64,000 bases of DNA. Source: a delta proteobacterium MLS_D (GTDB lineage: Bacteria > Desulfobacterota > Syntrophia > Syntrophales > UBA2210). Location of the stretch: NCBI GenBank assembly GCA_002030015.1, contig LQBH01000057.1:35470-99469 (forward strand). The letters are read 5' to 3'. Below the pieces are notes generated by a model. It worked only from the letters and a program-made list of their open reading frames with translations. It was not told the origin of the DNA and ran no database searches. Below, one piece after another: positions 35,230 through 47,282 of the stretch. The position numbers and the translations under genes are program-made. The stretch's first letter is position 1; every line of letters begins with the position of its first letter.

Positions 35230-36191
35230 CGCTGCTCCCCCGCGAGATAATTGCCCACGTAATCCGCCACCGCGTCCTCCAGTGACATGAAGGGCGTCTC
35301 GTAGCCCGCCGACCGGAGTTTTGCCATCGACGCCTCGGTAAAGTACTGGTATTGCGCCCTGATGGATTCGGGCATGTCTATATAATCGATCAACGGTTGC
35401 TTGCCGGCCGCGTTGAACACCGCCCGCGCCAGGTCGTTCCACGATCGGGCGCGTCCCGTGCCCAGATTGAAGATACCCTGAACGTCCCGCCGCTCAATAA
35501 GCCACCAGAGTACGCTCACACAGTCTTTCACGTAAATAAAATCACGTTTCTGCTCCCCATGTTCAATACCGTCCCGGTGTGATTTAAAAAGTTCCACTCT
35601 CCCCCGGTTCCGTACCTGTCCGTACGCCTTGTGAACCACGCTGCGCATCTCGCCTTTGTGATACTCGTTCGGCCCGAAAACGTTGAAAAATTTAATGCCC
35701 GCCATATGTTCGTCCAGACTGTTTGAAAGCACCCATCGGTCGAAAAGCTGCTTCGAATAACCGTACATGTTAATGGGACGAAGCCCGGCGCTCACCGTGT
35801 TGTCGTCGGAAAATCCCCGCGACCCGTCACCGTAGGTGGCGGCGCTGCTCGCGTATATAAAGCGGATGTTCCGGCGATGCGCCCATTCGGCAAGTATCCT
35901 GCTGTAACGGTAATTATTCTCCACAAGATAATCGGCGTCCCGCTCAACTGTGGACGAACAGGCGCCCAGATGCACCACCGCTTCGATTTCCCCGCCGATC
36001 CTGTCATCCCGTACCAGTTCCAGAAAAGAATCCTTGTGCAGATAATCGTCGAACCGCCGGTTGACAAGATTCTTCCACTTGTCCGATGATCCCAGGTGGT
36101 CCACGATCAGAATATCTCCGATTCCCTCGCTGTTGAGCTTCCAGACTAGGGCGCTTCCAATAAAACCGGCCCCTCCCGTTACGATTATCAT
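35217..36191 (-). CDS. hldD: ADP-L-glycero-D-manno-heptose 6-epimerase
   Basis: 324 aa beginning MIIVTGGAGFIGSALVWKLN, with a YGYSK catalytic block and HldD/RfaD-like length and order. Confidence 0.9.
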   Translation of the reverse strand: MIIVTGGAGFIGSALVWKLNSEGIGDILIVDHLGSSDKWKNLVNRRFDDYLHKDSFLELVRDDRIGGEIEAVVHLGACSSTVERDADYLVENNYRYSRILAEWAHRRNIRFIYASSAATYGDGSRGFSDDNTVSAGLRPINMYGYSKQLFDRWVLSNSLDEHMAGIKFFNVFGPNEYHKGEMRSVVHKAYGQVRNRGRVELFKSHRDGIEHGEQKRDFIYVKDCVSVLWWLIERRDVQGIFNLGTGRARSWNDLARAVFNAAGKQPLIDYIDMPESIRAQYQYFTEASMAKLRSAGYETPFMSLEDAVADYVGNYLAGEQRCLE

Positions 36192-36206
36192 GCCCGGATT
36201 TCTCCT

Positions 36207-37409
36207 TTACACGGTTGCCGCGGCCTTTTCTATGCCACCGATGACCGTCCCGCTTCGCTCTTCCGTCATGATAACCGGAACCGCCATAAAGAGAGATCGC
36301 GCGAGCAGGTCTTCGGCGTGCGGAATATGGTCAACGGAATAGTCCACCGTACCGGTATACAGCGGGCTGGTGAAGGGATATCCTTTCGAGTTGGCCGTTG
36401 CTCCGGCTATCAGGTGCTCCCACCGGGGCGCGTAGTGCCAGGCGTTTTCCCTGTAATAAATCGAATCAACGCCGTTGTTCTGGAGCGCCCCCTTGAGGGC
36501 TCTTGCCGTCCTTTCATCGGGCAGTGAAAATCCGATAAAGGTCGCCGTGTCCCCCGCGGGATCGACATGTTCCCGGAAGGTGATGCCGGGAATCGTGCTT
36601 AACGCTTCCCGCAGCAGCGCCTTGTTGCGGCGTTGACCGGTGATGATATCATCGATTTTTCTCAGTTGCGCGAGACCTACCGCGCCCTGCAATTCGCCCA
36701 TGCGGTAATTGAATCCCAGGAACGAGCGCCCCTCCTGCGCGCGCCCCACCGCCGGATTGTGATCGTGGCCATGGTCGTGGTACCAGTCGGCCCGGTCGTA
36801 GAGCCGCTTGCTGTCTGTTATGACCAGGCCGCCTTCGCCGGTGGTCATGGTTTTATAGTAATCGAAGCTGAGAATCCCCATGTCTCCGAAGGTCCCCAGT
36901 TTTTTTCCTCCTACGCTGCCCCCACAGGCCTGGGCGTTGTCTTCCAGCACAAGAAGACCGTGTTTGCGCGCCACGGCGACGATTTCTTCTATTCGAGCTG
37001 CCGACCCACACATGTGCACGGGAATAACCGCCCGCGTGCGTGGCGTCACGCGCTTTTCCACGGCACCGGGATCAAGGTTGTAGGTGTCGTCGATATCGGC
37101 CATAACGGGAATGGCGCCGACCTCGAGAACCGACTCGTACGTGGCGATGAAATCGAAGGCCGGCACGATCACCTCGTCCCCGTGGCCCACGTCGAGTGCG
37201 GTCAGGGCCACCTTCAGGGCCGCCGAACCGGAGGTGACACCCAGTGTATGCGCCGCTCCCAGATAGTCGGCGAATGCCCTCTCAAATTCCGCAACCTTAT
37301 ACACGCCTTTGCGCTTATCGTGAAAATCATAACGGGCGAGGACACCTGTTTCCAGCACCTCCATAACTTCCTGTATTTCTTCTTTTCCTATCAGTTCGGC
37401 ACCCGCCAT
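36207..37409 (-). CDS. DegT/DnrJ/EryC1/StrS-family PLP-dependent sugar aminotransferase
   Basis: 400 aa with a family-typical layout and a PLP-lysine context (FDYYKTMTTGEGG). Confidence 0.85.
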   Translation of the reverse strand: MAGAELIGKEEIQEVMEVLETGVLARYDFHDKRKGVYKVAEFERAFADYLGAAHTLGVTSGSAALKVALTALDVGHGDEVIVPAFDFIATYESVLEVGAIPVMADIDDTYNLDPGAVEKRVTPRTRAVIPVHMCGSAARIEEIVAVARKHGLLVLEDNAQACGGSVGGKKLGTFGDMGILSFDYYKTMTTGEGGLVITDSKRLYDRADWYHDHGHDHNPAVGRAQEGRSFLGFNYRMGELQGAVGLAQLRKIDDIITGQRRNKALLREALSTIPGITFREHVDPAGDTATFIGFSLPDERTARALKGALQNNGVDSIYYRENAWHYAPRWEHLIAGATANSKGYPFTSPLYTGTVDYSVDHIPHAEDLLARSLFMAVPVIMTEERSGTVIGGIEKAAATV

Positions 37410-37442
37410 TTCGCTTCCTCCTTGGTATCGTTCATTATGCCT

Positions 37443-38606
37443 CTAAAATGCCTCGCCGTAAATCTCGCGAGCGTCCTCCGGCGACAGGGCCCGCGGATTG
37501 TTCTCCAGCGGCCGCGACACCTTCATGGCCTGTTCGGCTATTTCATTAAAGTCGTCCCGCGCGATGCCCAGCGTCTCCAGGGTGCTGTCGACGCCGCAGT
37601 CGCTTATTAATTCCTCGACGGCGTCGACGGCGTACATCGCTGCTTCCCGCAGCGAACAATCCTCCACCGGTTCACCCATGGTCTCGGCGACGACGGCGTA
37701 TTTTTCCAGCGCAGCGGGCAGATTGAACCTCATGACCGCGGGCAGCAGCACGGTGTTGGCCAGTCCATGCGGAATACCATAGCGTCCCCCCAGCGGATAG
37801 GACAGGGAGTGCACCGCCGTGACGCCCGCGTTCGCGAGACCAAGCCCCGCGTAGAGGCTTCCCAGCAGCATTCCTTCCCGGGCGTCGGCGTCCGCACCGT
37901 TGTGAACGCAGGTCCTCAGGTTTTCCGCGATGAGCCGTATCGCCTCGAGAGAAAAGAGTCCGCTCATGGGGCTCGCCTGTCGCGACGTGAACGATTCGAA
38001 TGCGTGGCAGAAGGCATCAATGCCAGTAGAAGCCGTTACGGCCGGGGGCACGGACAGGGTCAGCAGTGGATCGAGCAGGGCAATATCCGGGTACAGAAAT
38101 GGACTGTTCATGCCCTCTTTCTTTCGAAGATCGTTTCGTATGAATACCGCCGTGAAGGTTACCTCGCTTCCCGTGCCCGCTGTGGTGGGAACCATGATCG
38201 TCGGTAATCCCGGCCCGGGAACACGGTTAAGCCCGAGATACTGTTCGGCCCTGTCGTTGCCTCGCGCGAGCACCGCCATGGCCTTGGCGGCGTCCATCGC
38301 GCTGCCGCCGCCGACACCTATGACTATATCGGCATTCGCGTCCCGTATCAGTTGCGCCCCCTCGTCGGCGATCTCGAGGGGCGGTTCGCCGTCGATCCGG
38401 TCGAACAGAACATACTCCAGTCCACTTCCGTCCAGCAGTTCCGCCGTCCGCGCGGCCATTCCGGAACGTGCCAGTTGTCCATCGATAACGATACAAGGCT
38501 TCGTGCCGCCGAGTTCCCCGATGGCGCCGGCGATCCCTTCGAAGGCTCCCCGCCCGAAAATTATTTTTTTTGCTCCCGTGAACGTAAACAGATCGGTCAT
38601 GTGCAT
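37443..38606 (-). CDS. Iron-containing (group III) alcohol dehydrogenase
   Basis: The GGGSAMDAAKA motif and His-rich metal site blocks (CHAFES, AVHSLSYPLGG..HG) are present. I prefer the ATG at 38606 or 38600 (MHMTDLF) after GGAAACGGGG. The track ORF extends to 38768 over the trmJ-like 3' end. Confidence 0.85.
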   Translation of the reverse strand: MHMTDLFTFTGAKKIIFGRGAFEGIAGAIGELGGTKPCIVIDGQLARSGMAARTAELLDGSGLEYVLFDRIDGEPPLEIADEGAQLIRDANADIVIGVGGGSAMDAAKAMAVLARGNDRAEQYLGLNRVPGPGLPTIMVPTTAGTGSEVTFTAVFIRNDLRKKEGMNSPFLYPDIALLDPLLTLSVPPAVTASTGIDAFCHAFESFTSRQASPMSGLFSLEAIRLIAENLRTCVHNGADADAREGMLLGSLYAGLGLANAGVTAVHSLSYPLGGRYGIPHGLANTVLLPAVMRFNLPAALEKYAVVAETMGEPVEDCSLREAAMYAVDAVEELISDCGVDSTLETLGIARDDFNEIAEQAMKVSRPLENNPRALSPEDAREIYGEAF

Positions 38607-38625
38607 ATCCCCGTTTCCTGCGTCA

Positions 38626-39561
38626 TCATGATTCCCCGTCCTCTCCCCCGGAGCGGCTGTGCCGCTTTCCGAATCCCGTGGAAATCGTGGTGTCACTCTG
38701 AGGCCGGTTGCGACCGGCCTGTTTGGTTGCTGTGGAATTTTTGTAAGGGTCGCCCGTAGGAATGTCAAGGTTTTTGTTTTGCTTTACCGATCCCGATGTC
38801 GTGCCCTCGCCGTAGCATTCAACCTGGCGGCAGATGCCGCGAATGATCTTGACATCCCTGGCCCGGAGCGTCGTTCGGGAGAAGAAATTACGAACCGCCA
38901 CCATCCAGTAATCGGGGTTCTCGGCATTAATAAAATCAATTTTGAGGAACAGCTCGCGCAGTGACTCGTACATGGCCTCCAGCTCACAGGCGGAAGCAAG
39001 TCTGGGAATACGCGGCGATGATTTCGTACCCCGCCAGGTAAATAATTCGTAACAGGCGATCATGACAGCGTGGGAAAGGTTGATTGATGAAAAGGTTTCC
39101 GACGTGGGTATTCCCGCGACGATATGGCATCGCTGCAATTCCCGGTTCGTCAGGCCTCGGTCCTCTGGCCCGAACACCAGCGCCACCTGGTTCTCCCGGG
39201 AAACGGGAGCGAGCGTTTCCCCCAGTTCCGTCGAGGACACGATGGATCCGCGCAGGTTGGACGTACCGCGGCGGGCCGTCGTTCCCACAACGTACTGGAA
39301 GGGAGCGAGCGCTTCGTCGAGAGAGGATACGCAGCGGATTTTTTCGACAACCCGTTTCGCCGCATGAGTCGCCATTTTATCGATCTCTTCGTGATTAATC
39401 ATGCGCGGATCGACAACGATGATATTTTTCACGTCCATGTTCGAGGCACACCTGGCGACCGAGCCGATGTTGCCCGAATGTTTCGGCCTGACGAGAACAA
39501 TGGACATATTGTCCATGTTCACCCGGTTTTCGTATGCCTCCGGCCTGGTTTGTCGCATCAT
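38626..39561 (-). CDS. trmJ: SpoU/TrmJ-like tRNA (cytidine/uridine-2'-O)-methyltransferase
   Basis: The blocks IVLVRPKHSGNIGSVARCASNM, LVFGPEDRGL and INLSHAVMIACYE of the SPOUT fold are present. The start may be an internal ATG at 39516 or 39507. The C-terminal tail is long and low-complexity. Confidence 0.8.
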   Translation of the reverse strand: MMRQTRPEAYENRVNMDNMSIVLVRPKHSGNIGSVARCASNMDVKNIIVVDPRMINHEEIDKMATHAAKRVVEKIRCVSSLDEALAPFQYVVGTTARRGTSNLRGSIVSSTELGETLAPVSRENQVALVFGPEDRGLTNRELQRCHIVAGIPTSETFSSINLSHAVMIACYELFTWRGTKSSPRIPRLASACELEAMYESLRELFLKIDFINAENPDYWMVAVRNFFSRTTLRARDVKIIRGICRQVECYGEGTTSGSVKQNKNLDIPTGDPYKNSTATKQAGRNRPQSDTTISTGFGKRHSRSGGEDGES

Positions 39562-39602
39562 ATCCGTTGCACCGCTTTTGATCTTGGCTTACTATCACTA
39601 TT

Positions 39603-40319
39603 ATGACTCGAAAGTCCACCGGACATACACTCGATGAAACGCAGGAATCGTGGGAAATGCTGTTCCGGCGAGCCGCCACGGATCTCGGCCTGTCTCCGAC
39701 GGAGCGCCAGGTGCGACGGTTTGCGCTCTACCGCGATGAACTTATCACCTGGAACGCGAAGATGTCGCTCCTCTCGTTGAAAACGCCGCTGGACCTGCCG
39801 GTGAAACACTTCGCCGACGCCCTCACGGTCCTCCCGATCGTGACCGGCGGCCCGGCCCGGCTTCTCGACGCGGGAACGGGCGCCGGATTTCCGGGCATAC
39901 CTCTCGCCATCATGCACGAATCTCTGGAGGTTACCCTCGTTGAATCATCGCGAAAAAAAGCTTCCTTTCTCAAACAGGCCACGCGGCTCCTTGAGCTCGA
40001 AAAGGCGTCGGTGATTCACGACAGGATCGAAGAGATGATGAACGAAGCATCACAACGGGCGAGTTATGACTTCGTCGTGTCCAGGGCCGCCTTCACGACA
40101 GAGCAACTTGTCGGCATTGCCGGTTATTTCCTGAAACCGGGCGGTATGCTTATAGCAATGAAGGGTACGCCACCGGACCGCGAAATTGAGGACGCACTTG
40201 CCGCGGCCGCCCGGTTCGACATGGAGGACGCGGGACGCCGCATCCTGGAACTTCCCTTCGGAACGGGCGCGCGATGTCTTGTTCTTTTTCGAAAAAATAT
40301 CAGGCATCGCCGGCTTTAA
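39603..40319 (+). CDS. rsmG: 16S rRNA (guanine527-N7)-methyltransferase
   Basis: 238 aa with the SAM motif LDAGTGAGFPGIPLAI and the classical position upstream of parAB. Confidence 0.85.
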   Translation: MTRKSTGHTLDETQESWEMLFRRAATDLGLSPTERQVRRFALYRDELITWNAKMSLLSLKTPLDLPVKHFADALTVLPIVTGGPARLLDAGTGAGFPGIPLAIMHESLEVTLVESSRKKASFLKQATRLLELEKASVIHDRIEEMMNEASQRASYDFVVSRAAFTTEQLVGIAGYFLKPGGMLIAMKGTPPDREIEDALAAAARFDMEDAGRRILELPFGTGARCLVLFRKNIRHRRL

Positions 40320-40426
40320 CGCGCCATGCCCGGCAACCAAAATTGACCTTCTCTTCGAAATGCTTTTGTGATAGCATCGCTCACTTATCCCGTGAAATCA
40401 CGTTATGAAAGAATTTTTTCTCGGCC

Positions 40427-41197
40427 GTGCGAAACATACTATCAATTGCAAATCAAAAGGGCGGCGTCGGTAAAACAACGACCGCGATCAGCATTGCGGC
40501 GGCGCTTGCCGCCTCGAACAAGAAAATACTGCTGGTCGACGCGGATCCCCAGGCAAACGCAACGACCGGGCTGGGCATCGCCAAAAACGACGTTGCAACC
40601 GGCAATCTTTATCACGTCCTGATCGGCAGAGCCGTCGCGGACGATGTGATCATCGGTACGTCGGTTCCCATGCTCGACGTTATGCCCTCGAACCAGGACC
40701 TGGTCGGCGTTGAAGTTGAATTCGTCACCATGCCGAAACGGGAGGAACGGCTGAAAAATGCCGTGAGAAACATTGACAGAGGCTATGATTATATTATAAT
40801 CGATTGTCCTCCATCCCTGGGGTTTTTGACGGTGAACGCACTGGTAGCGTCCGACGCCCTGATCATTCCTCTTCAGTGTGAATATTTTGCGCTGGAGGGA
40901 CTGGGACAGCTCCTGAACACGGTCAAACTCATTCAGGCCCGGCTGAATCCGCAGTTATCGCTTGCCGGTATCCTGTTGACCATGTTTGATGTACGGAACG
41001 GCATTTCACACCGGGTTGCCGAAGAAGTCAGAAAATATTTTGGTTCGCGAGTGTTTGCCACGGTTATTCCACGAAACGTAAGACTTTCGGAATGTCCGAG
41101 TTACGGCATGCCGATATTTCAGTATGATGGCGCATCCCGGGGAGCCCTGTCCTACATGGAGCTCGCAAAAGAAATCCTCAACGACGGGAGACTGTAA
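40427..41197 (+). CDS. parA: Chromosome partitioning ATPase ParA/Soj
   Basis: 256 aa with the deviant Walker A NQKGGVGKTTT and a DCPPSL block. The start is GTG. Confidence 0.9.
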   Translation: MRNILSIANQKGGVGKTTTAISIAAALAASNKKILLVDADPQANATTGLGIAKNDVATGNLYHVLIGRAVADDVIIGTSVPMLDVMPSNQDLVGVEVEFVTMPKREERLKNAVRNIDRGYDYIIIDCPPSLGFLTVNALVASDALIIPLQCEYFALEGLGQLLNTVKLIQARLNPQLSLAGILLTMFDVRNGISHRVAEEVRKYFGSRVFATVIPRNVRLSECPSYGMPIFQYDGASRGALSYMELAKEILNDGRL

Positions 41198-42054
41198 TGG
41201 CCAAGAGAAACGCCCTGGGAAAAGGACTGGGGGCAATTTTTACCGACCTGGTCGACGACGGATCGCCGAAACCGCGTTACGTCGTCTGCGGCGTTGAGGA
41301 ACTGCGACCAAACTCATTCCAGCCCCGGCGATCGTTTGACGGCGATGAAATCAAGAACCTTGCTGATTCCATCAGGACAAACGGTATCATTCAACCGATC
41401 ATCGTCAGGAAAATCGATTCCGGTTACGAAATCATCGCCGGTGAGCGGCGATGGAGAGCCGCCCAGGCAGCGGGACTTCGGGAAGTACCTGTCGTCGTCA
41501 GGGAAGCGACGGACCGTGATCTCGCCGAATGGTCGCTTATAGAAAACATTCAGCGGGAGGAACTGAACCCGATCGAAGAAGCGGACGCCTACAACCGTCT
41601 GCTTTCGAACTTTCATCTTTCACAGGAAGAAATAGCCCTCCGGGTCGGCAAGGACCGCTCAACCATAGCAAATTCCCTGAGACTGCTGAAACTTCCCTCG
41701 AAAATACGGGAAGCGCTGGTTGCAGAAAAAATAACCGCCGGGCATGCCCGGGCCTTGCTGTCCCTGCAGTCCGCTGCAAAGCAGATGAGCCTGTTTCATA
41801 ACATTAACTCAAAAAAGCTTTCGGTCAGGGAAGCGGAGCGGCTCGCAAAAGAAGCCGGCAAAAAAACAGCAGCCCCGAAAAAGGAATCGCATCGTCCCGG
41901 GTTCCGGGAACTGGAAACGACGCTGTCACGATCACTGATGGCCAAAGTCGTCGTGAAACCGAAAAAACGGGGTGGAGTGCTTGAAATACGATATAGGTCG
42001 GACGACGAATTGAACAGGGTCGTAGAACGGATCCTGTCATCAGAGATCGGGTAA
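41197..42054 (+). CDS. parB: Chromosome partitioning protein ParB/Spo0J
   Basis: 285 aa with the ParB box GERRWRAA and an HTH region (SQEEIALRVGKDRSTIANSLRLL). Its ATG overlaps the parA stop (TAATG). Confidence 0.9.
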   Translation: MAKRNALGKGLGAIFTDLVDDGSPKPRYVVCGVEELRPNSFQPRRSFDGDEIKNLADSIRTNGIIQPIIVRKIDSGYEIIAGERRWRAAQAAGLREVPVVVREATDRDLAEWSLIENIQREELNPIEEADAYNRLLSNFHLSQEEIALRVGKDRSTIANSLRLLKLPSKIREALVAEKITAGHARALLSLQSAAKQMSLFHNINSKKLSVREAERLAKEAGKKTAAPKKESHRPGFRELETTLSRSLMAKVVVKPKKRGGVLEIRYRSDDELNRVVERILSSEIG

Positions 42055-42080
42055 CGACAGGAAACGTGGCAACACTCCCT

Positions 42081-42100
42081 GTATCAACAGCTGTTGATAA
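42081..42100. other. Inverted pair of DnaA-box-like 9-mers (GTATCAACA / TTATCAACA) forming an 18-bp palindrome upstream of dnaA
   Basis: TATCAACAGCTGTTGATA lies at 42082-42099. The minus-strand box TTATCAACA matches the consensus TTATCCACA at 8/9 positions. The site lies 19 nt before the dnaA ATG. Confidence 0.45.
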
Positions 42101-42118
42101 CCCTGTGTATAGGAAAGT

Positions 42119-43480
42119 ATGAATTTGGAAACTATTTGGTCCGAAAGCACTAAAATAATTAAAGACAACATCACCAAACAGAACTTCGAAACCTGGATTA
42201 AACCGATAAAAATTCAGTCCATCGAAGACAACACGGTGACGTTATCGGTGCCGAACAAGTTCTTCAGGGACTGGATTGTCGATAACTACTATTCACTGAT
42301 CTGTGACGCCGTGTCGAGTGTCGCTTCGACACACGTTTCAGTATCATTTTCTATACAGAAATCAAATAGTTCGATTCTTTCGACGGCCGAGCGGACAGCC
42401 GAAGCAGATGAAACAACCAAAGTCGAGCAGGCGACCCTTCCTCAACGACCGCTGTCGTCACTCAATCCCCACTACAGTTTCGAGCGGTTCATCGTCGGCT
42501 CGTCAAACCAGTTTGCTCACGCGGCGGCACGTTCCGTGGCGGAACAACCGGCCCATAATTACAATCCCCTGTTCATTTACGGCGGTGTCGGACTTGGCAA
42601 GACGCACCTGATCAACGCAGTCGGTCTTCTTACAACCTCACTCTATCCGAAAAAAAACGTCCTCTATGTTTCAGCCGAGGAATTCATGAATGAATTGATC
42701 AATTCGATCCGCTACGACAAAATGCCCGAATTCAGAGAAAAATACAGGAAGATCGATTGTCTCCTCATCGACGACATTCAGTTCATCGCCGGCAAGGAAC
42801 GAACCCAGGAAGAATTTTTTCACACGTTCAACACGCTTCATGATTCAGGAAAACAGATCGTCGTTACCAGTGATAAATTTCCCAAGGAAATCCAGAATCT
42901 CGAAGCACGCCTGCGTTCGCGGTTTGAATGGGGTCTCATCGCCGATATTCAGCCGCCCGAGATGGAAACACGGGTCGCAATCATTCGCAAAAAAGCGGCC
43001 GAGAACAATATGAACATTCCCGACGACGTCGTACAGTACATTGCCTCGGCGGCCGATTCCAATATTCGGGAACTTGAGGGTATACTGACGAGAATAGCGG
43101 CATACGCATCCCTCACCGGCAGTGAAATTACCGTCGACACTATCAGGGAAATCATGAAAAAACTCATGAAGCAGGTCAAAAAACAAGACATCACCGTCGA
43201 TGATATCGTCAAGGTGGTTGCCTCTCAGTTCAACATCAAGATCGCCGATCTTAAATCACAGAAAAAGAACAAGGATATCGTGCTCTCTCGACAGGTAGCC
43301 ATGTATCTGGCGCGGAAGCTCACGGAATTATCATTCCCGGACATCGGTTCGAAAATCGGCAATCGCGACCATTCGACCGTTATCTACGCCAACAATAAAA
43401 TCAGGTCCCGAATAGGCAAAGATGGAACACTGAGAAGCCTCGTGGAAGAAATCGAGGAAACCCTGCAGCGAAAAGGTTAA
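42119..43480 (+). CDS. dnaA: Chromosomal replication initiator protein DnaA
   Basis: 453 aa with Walker A GGVGLGKTHL, sensor blocks and a C-terminal DNA-binding domain (DHSTVIYA). Confidence 0.95.
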   Translation: MNLETIWSESTKIIKDNITKQNFETWIKPIKIQSIEDNTVTLSVPNKFFRDWIVDNYYSLICDAVSSVASTHVSVSFSIQKSNSSILSTAERTAEADETTKVEQATLPQRPLSSLNPHYSFERFIVGSSNQFAHAAARSVAEQPAHNYNPLFIYGGVGLGKTHLINAVGLLTTSLYPKKNVLYVSAEEFMNELINSIRYDKMPEFREKYRKIDCLLIDDIQFIAGKERTQEEFFHTFNTLHDSGKQIVVTSDKFPKEIQNLEARLRSRFEWGLIADIQPPEMETRVAIIRKKAAENNMNIPDDVVQYIASAADSNIRELEGILTRIAAYASLTGSEITVDTIREIMKKLMKQVKKQDITVDDIVKVVASQFNIKIADLKSQKKNKDIVLSRQVAMYLARKLTELSFPDIGSKIGNRDHSTVIYANNKIRSRIGKDGTLRSLVEEIEETLQRKG

Positions 43481-43559
43481 CTACCCTCCACTGTCGGGTC
43501 AACAGGAAAGCAACAGGTTCCATCAGTATAAGGAACGGTAACACAAGGCGAAATAATGA

Positions 43560-43620
43560 TTATCCACATATCAACAACCACTATTGTTACTACTATTTTT
43601 TTTATTTTTACTTGAAAGAA
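43560..43620. other. oriC candidate: perfect DnaA box TTATCCACA + adjacent TATCAACA + 40-nt AT-rich stretch
   Basis: TTATCCACA lies at 43560-43568 and TATCAACA at 43569-43576. An AT-rich run (ctattgttactactattttttttatttttacttgaaagaa) follows at 43581-43620, in the dnaA-dnaN spacer. Confidence 0.45.
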
Positions 43621-43631
43621 TAGGTGACACG

Positions 43632-47178
<3,547 letters not shown>

Positions 47179-47282
47179 TCGCCTGACGGGGGTTACGCAC
47201 CGCGCCGCGGGAATGTTCTTTCCGTGGAAGAGTTCCGTTGCACGGTGCGCCACCCCTTCGTTATAGGGAGGAAAGAAACAGA

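Noticed and set aside
40391-40402. The palindrome CGTGAAATCACG upstream of parA was considered as a parS half-site or ParA/ParB operator.
   Set aside because: It shares only GTGAAA with parS, and the arm order does not match the parS dyad. It is too short (5-bp arms) to distinguish from chance.
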